From assembly GCA_044892525.1 (NCBI GenBank), contig CM097885.1:18478001-18542000 (forward strand): 64,000 nt of DNA, in the 5' to 3' direction. A program made the position numbers and the translations under genes. The DNA is from Schmidtea polychroa. Its lineage: Eukaryota. Below the pieces are notes generated by a model, which saw only the letters and a program-made list of their open reading frames with translations, made no database searches and was not told the DNA's origin. Positions 60,757 to 64,000 of the stretch are shown piece after piece. Position 1 is the stretch's first letter. Each line of letters begins with the position of its first letter.

Positions 60757-61790
60757 TTATTTGAGGCAATCGCTATAACGCTTTTTGTATTCTGGTGTGA
60801 TTGTTGTGTTGTTGTCAAAAATTTTTGTTGAGTCTTTTTCGCTGAATCTGATGTGTTTCTGGTTTGTCTGTATTTCTGTTCGTTCTTGTGTTTTGTACTT
60901 TGGGTGGTTGTTTTGAGGGTTTTGGTTGTGGTGATTGTTAAGAGTTGGTGTTTTGTTTTCGTGATATGGTTTTAATCGGCGTATGTTTATTTTGATTTGT
61001 TTATTGTCTTTTAAAATTGTGCCAACGTTTTTATACATATTTAACAGTTTGTATGGGCCTTCGTACTTTGTTTCAAATCCGCTAGTGAAGGGTTTCTTTA
61101 CTAAAACCATGTCTATTATTAGTTCTGTTTGGTTTTGGGTTTTATTATTATTTTTGTTTTTTAGAATACTTTTTAGTATGGGTATTTGTGATTCTTTAGC
61201 GGTTGTTTTTATCTTGTTTTCGTTTTCGTCCTTTAAGTTTGGTAGGTTTGTATAGTGTCCAAAAACTGATTGGCTAGGGCTTTTGTTGTTTAGGCTTGAA
61301 GGGTTGTTTCGTAATCCTATTAGTATTTCTGGTAATTTTTCTAACCAGTTGTTGTTATTATTTGTTTTTGTTCTGATTGCTTGTTTTAAAGATCGGTGTA
61401 ATCTCTCGACTTTTCCGTTTGATTGTGGATTGTATGATGTTGTTCTGGTTTTGTTGATGTTATATTTGTTACAAAGTCCTTTGAAAATGTCGGATTCAAA
61501 TTGCCTACCCTGATCGCTGATTATTGTCTTTGGGCAGCCATACCGGGCGAACCAGTTTAATTCTAATTTACTGCATATTTTTGCTGCTGATATTTCCTTT
61601 ATGGGAATGGCTTCGAACCAATTTGTTTTTCGGTCTATTATAGTTAATAAGTACTTGTGTTTATTATTTGGAGGTAGAGGGCCGACTATGTCGATATGTA
61701 TCATTTCGAACGGTTCAGAACTTGGGAATTCTACAATTGTTGTTTTGAATTGTTTTGTTGTTATTTTATTCTTTTGACATTGTGGGCAAT
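60757..61790 (-). pseudogene. Duplicated Gypsy 2 integrase 3' part
   Basis: Matches 55487-56520 at offset 5270. Confidence 0.9.
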
Positions 61791-62240
61791 ACATTACACG
61801 CACTATCTTCTCCTTGCTCTTTACCAATTAATCATTGTGTCAAGCTAATGGACCCAAATCTTCCTTCTGTTTGCTTTTCTTCTTGTTTACCCAGCTCGGG
61901 TTTCCTTCATCTCTCGGGTTCTCCATTGACTCGTGTTTTCCATTAGCCAATTAATTAATTGATTAACGTTTTCTGTTTTCATACATTTGAATGCTTTTCG
62001 ACCCTTCCTAACCATTTTCTGATAAATCCCTAAACGTCATCTTGTTGACCATTAGCTACTCTGTACCTGTCCCGTTTTCCCCATTCGATTTCGATGATTT
62101 TACCATTTATTGATTTTTCTCGGATTTCCGGATTCTTGCCTTTCGTAATTGCTTTTGGCATTTTCTAATACTGCTTCCATCACACTTTCCTTTACTATCG
62201 ATTCTGTGCATGATCCCGCTTTTATTTGTCTTTTTTTTCT

Positions 62241-62894
62241 TCACTTCTGAATAATTCCAAGAACTGGTATAACAATTTTATTCTCCTCCAAAGGGGCACG
62301 TGGATCAGTTTCGAATAATAACCGTTTGTCCATTTCAATATCATGATATAATGCCATCCTTGGACAAAATTGAATGAAATTGAACGAAATTGAATGATTA
62401 ATATCCGCAATAGAACATATTATATCACAAGGCATTTCGTGTCCAATTTTAGATTTAAATCGAGCTGCTTCCATTTGTGCACGACATACTTGAGATCGAC
62501 AATCAGGGATCATACCAATCATAACATCTCCAGTACTTTCAGTAATATTAAACAATCTCGTAGCTGAACTCGTCTCAATCATTTTATCGGGAACTTTTCT
62601 TTTTGCATATCTATCGATTTCATTAAGCCAATTTTTAACATTGTTAAACGAATCTTGATCGGTAACATCAAACACAACAATAATTCCATCAGCTCCTCTG
62701 TAATAAGACGAGGTTATAGTTCCAAATCTTTCTTGACCTGCTGCATCCCATATTTGCGATTTCATAGTGTCACCATTTTCAGTATAAGAATCATCTGCAG
62801 TTTTGACTAAATAATCACACTCTGGATTCATTGAATTATTTCCAACTTCCGGTTTCAAAAGACCAAAGACCAAAAATTTATACAAAGACTTCAC
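62241..62894 (-). pseudogene. Chimeric intronless ORF: deleted Rab1-like GTPase fused to a proteasome alpha-1 (PSMA6-like) fragment
   Basis: [47 protein letters not shown], then [40 protein letters not shown]. Confidence 0.75.
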
Positions 62895-64000
62895 TTCCAG
62901 AATTCTATCGATTCAAAAATTCCACCCAGATAAACAAGAAATCAAATCAATTCCAAATAATTTCTACCAAAAAATCATAAAAAATTACAATAATAATAAA
63001 TTACCTACTTCTTGCGTCTGTGTGCGCACACCAACAAGAATCGGTCTAACCAGACCGCGCACACAGACGCGATAGAAAAGAAGCATGCAACAAACTGCCA
63101 GTCAGAGGCAATCCCCATCTGACTGGTCGAAACACTTACTTTTTATTTAAATTATTAACCTAAATTTCATTTAAATTTATTTTAATTTGCGGACCTCAAC
63201 AATTTTATACATAAATTGATTAAGAGGTTTAAAAAATTAAATTGACCCCGCCCTCATGGAATTTCGATTTATCTACATTTTTTCAAAATTTAATTTGGTT
63301 CATTGTTTTTAATAAATATAGTTATTGTTTTTTATAATAGTGTTATTATTTATTACCTAGGATTATATATAAAATAGGTGCACTGAATAGAAAAAAATCA
63401 ATAAAATTATTTTATTGAAGCACACAAACTTACATATATGTAAAAATTTAATGTTGCAATGAATAAAATCTTTTAATAAATACAATGTCAATTGAAAAAA
63501 AATGAGACGTGAAAATCGACAAAATTTCTTATAATTTTATAAAGAAATTGATTAAGAGGTTAAAAAAATTAATTTTAACATACAAACTCATCTCATAATA
63601 AAAATACATGTAAACTTTTGATACATAGAAATAGGTCAATAAATAGAAACTGTTAACATATTATTATTTATAATTTATCAGAAGAAAATTCCTTGAACTC
63701 TACTTTGTTTATTATAGTTGTCGAGAAAATGAAAAAATATTTTCGTAAGATTTATTTTAAAGTAAATATTAATGTTAATATTTTCTTAAGATTTATGCAA
63801 ATATTTATGCAATTTTTGTTGAACCTTTGCCGTTTTGCGATGATGAAATGATAACGTAAGATCTATTTTTTAAATTACAATTAATTTAATATTTTTACAG
63901 TTATTCAAACATTTCTGAAGTAACGGAACCAGGATCCTCAACAGTTCCTTCATAGGTCGAAGTAGTGTCCAAATCTTGAAATTCGTAAGTTTTATTAACT

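Larger units (their letters stand above)
54666..61798 (-). mobile_element. Ty3/Gypsy LTR retrotransposon 2 (CsRn1/Kabuki-like gag); LTRs 54666-55299 and 59936-60569, plus a partial tandem copy
   Basis: TGT..ACA LTRs of 634 bp, TSD CGCAC (54661-65, 61799-803), PBS TGGTGTCAGAAG (tRNA-Leu-like), PPT AAAGGGGGAAG. Confidence 0.95.

Overview
AT-rich eukaryotic (animal, probably invertebrate; a planarian-like genome is only a guess) DNA made almost entirely of nested mobile elements. 1-17845 holds two related Polinton/Maverick (adintovirus-like) endogenous viruses. Copy A (~4109-15179) sits in inverted orientation inside the pPolB gene of copy B, and a later deletion fused them. Their genes are adenain protease, penton, fiber-like, gasderminX-like, pPolB, packaging ATPase, a PLA2-integrase fusion and hexon. 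The most unusual signal is a cluster of tRNA-like Pol III units (A box, B box, oligo-T) in the Polinton intergenic region and in both ~950-bp TIRs, next to a highly structured TIR segment; this is a candidate analogue of adenovirus VA RNAs. 17846-29912 is a 12-kb non-coding block with a 3.2-kb-arm palindrome and tandem repeats that ends in a third Polinton-like terminus and truncates a hAT transposase. The rest contains Tc1/IS630, hAT and piggyBac remnants and MITEs, a Penelope-like fragment with a hammerhead ribozyme, three exons of an EVH1 (Ena/VASP-like) host gene, two Ty3/Gypsy LTR elements, and an intronless Rab1/proteasome-alpha chimeric ORF. All calls were made by eye; no database searches were run.
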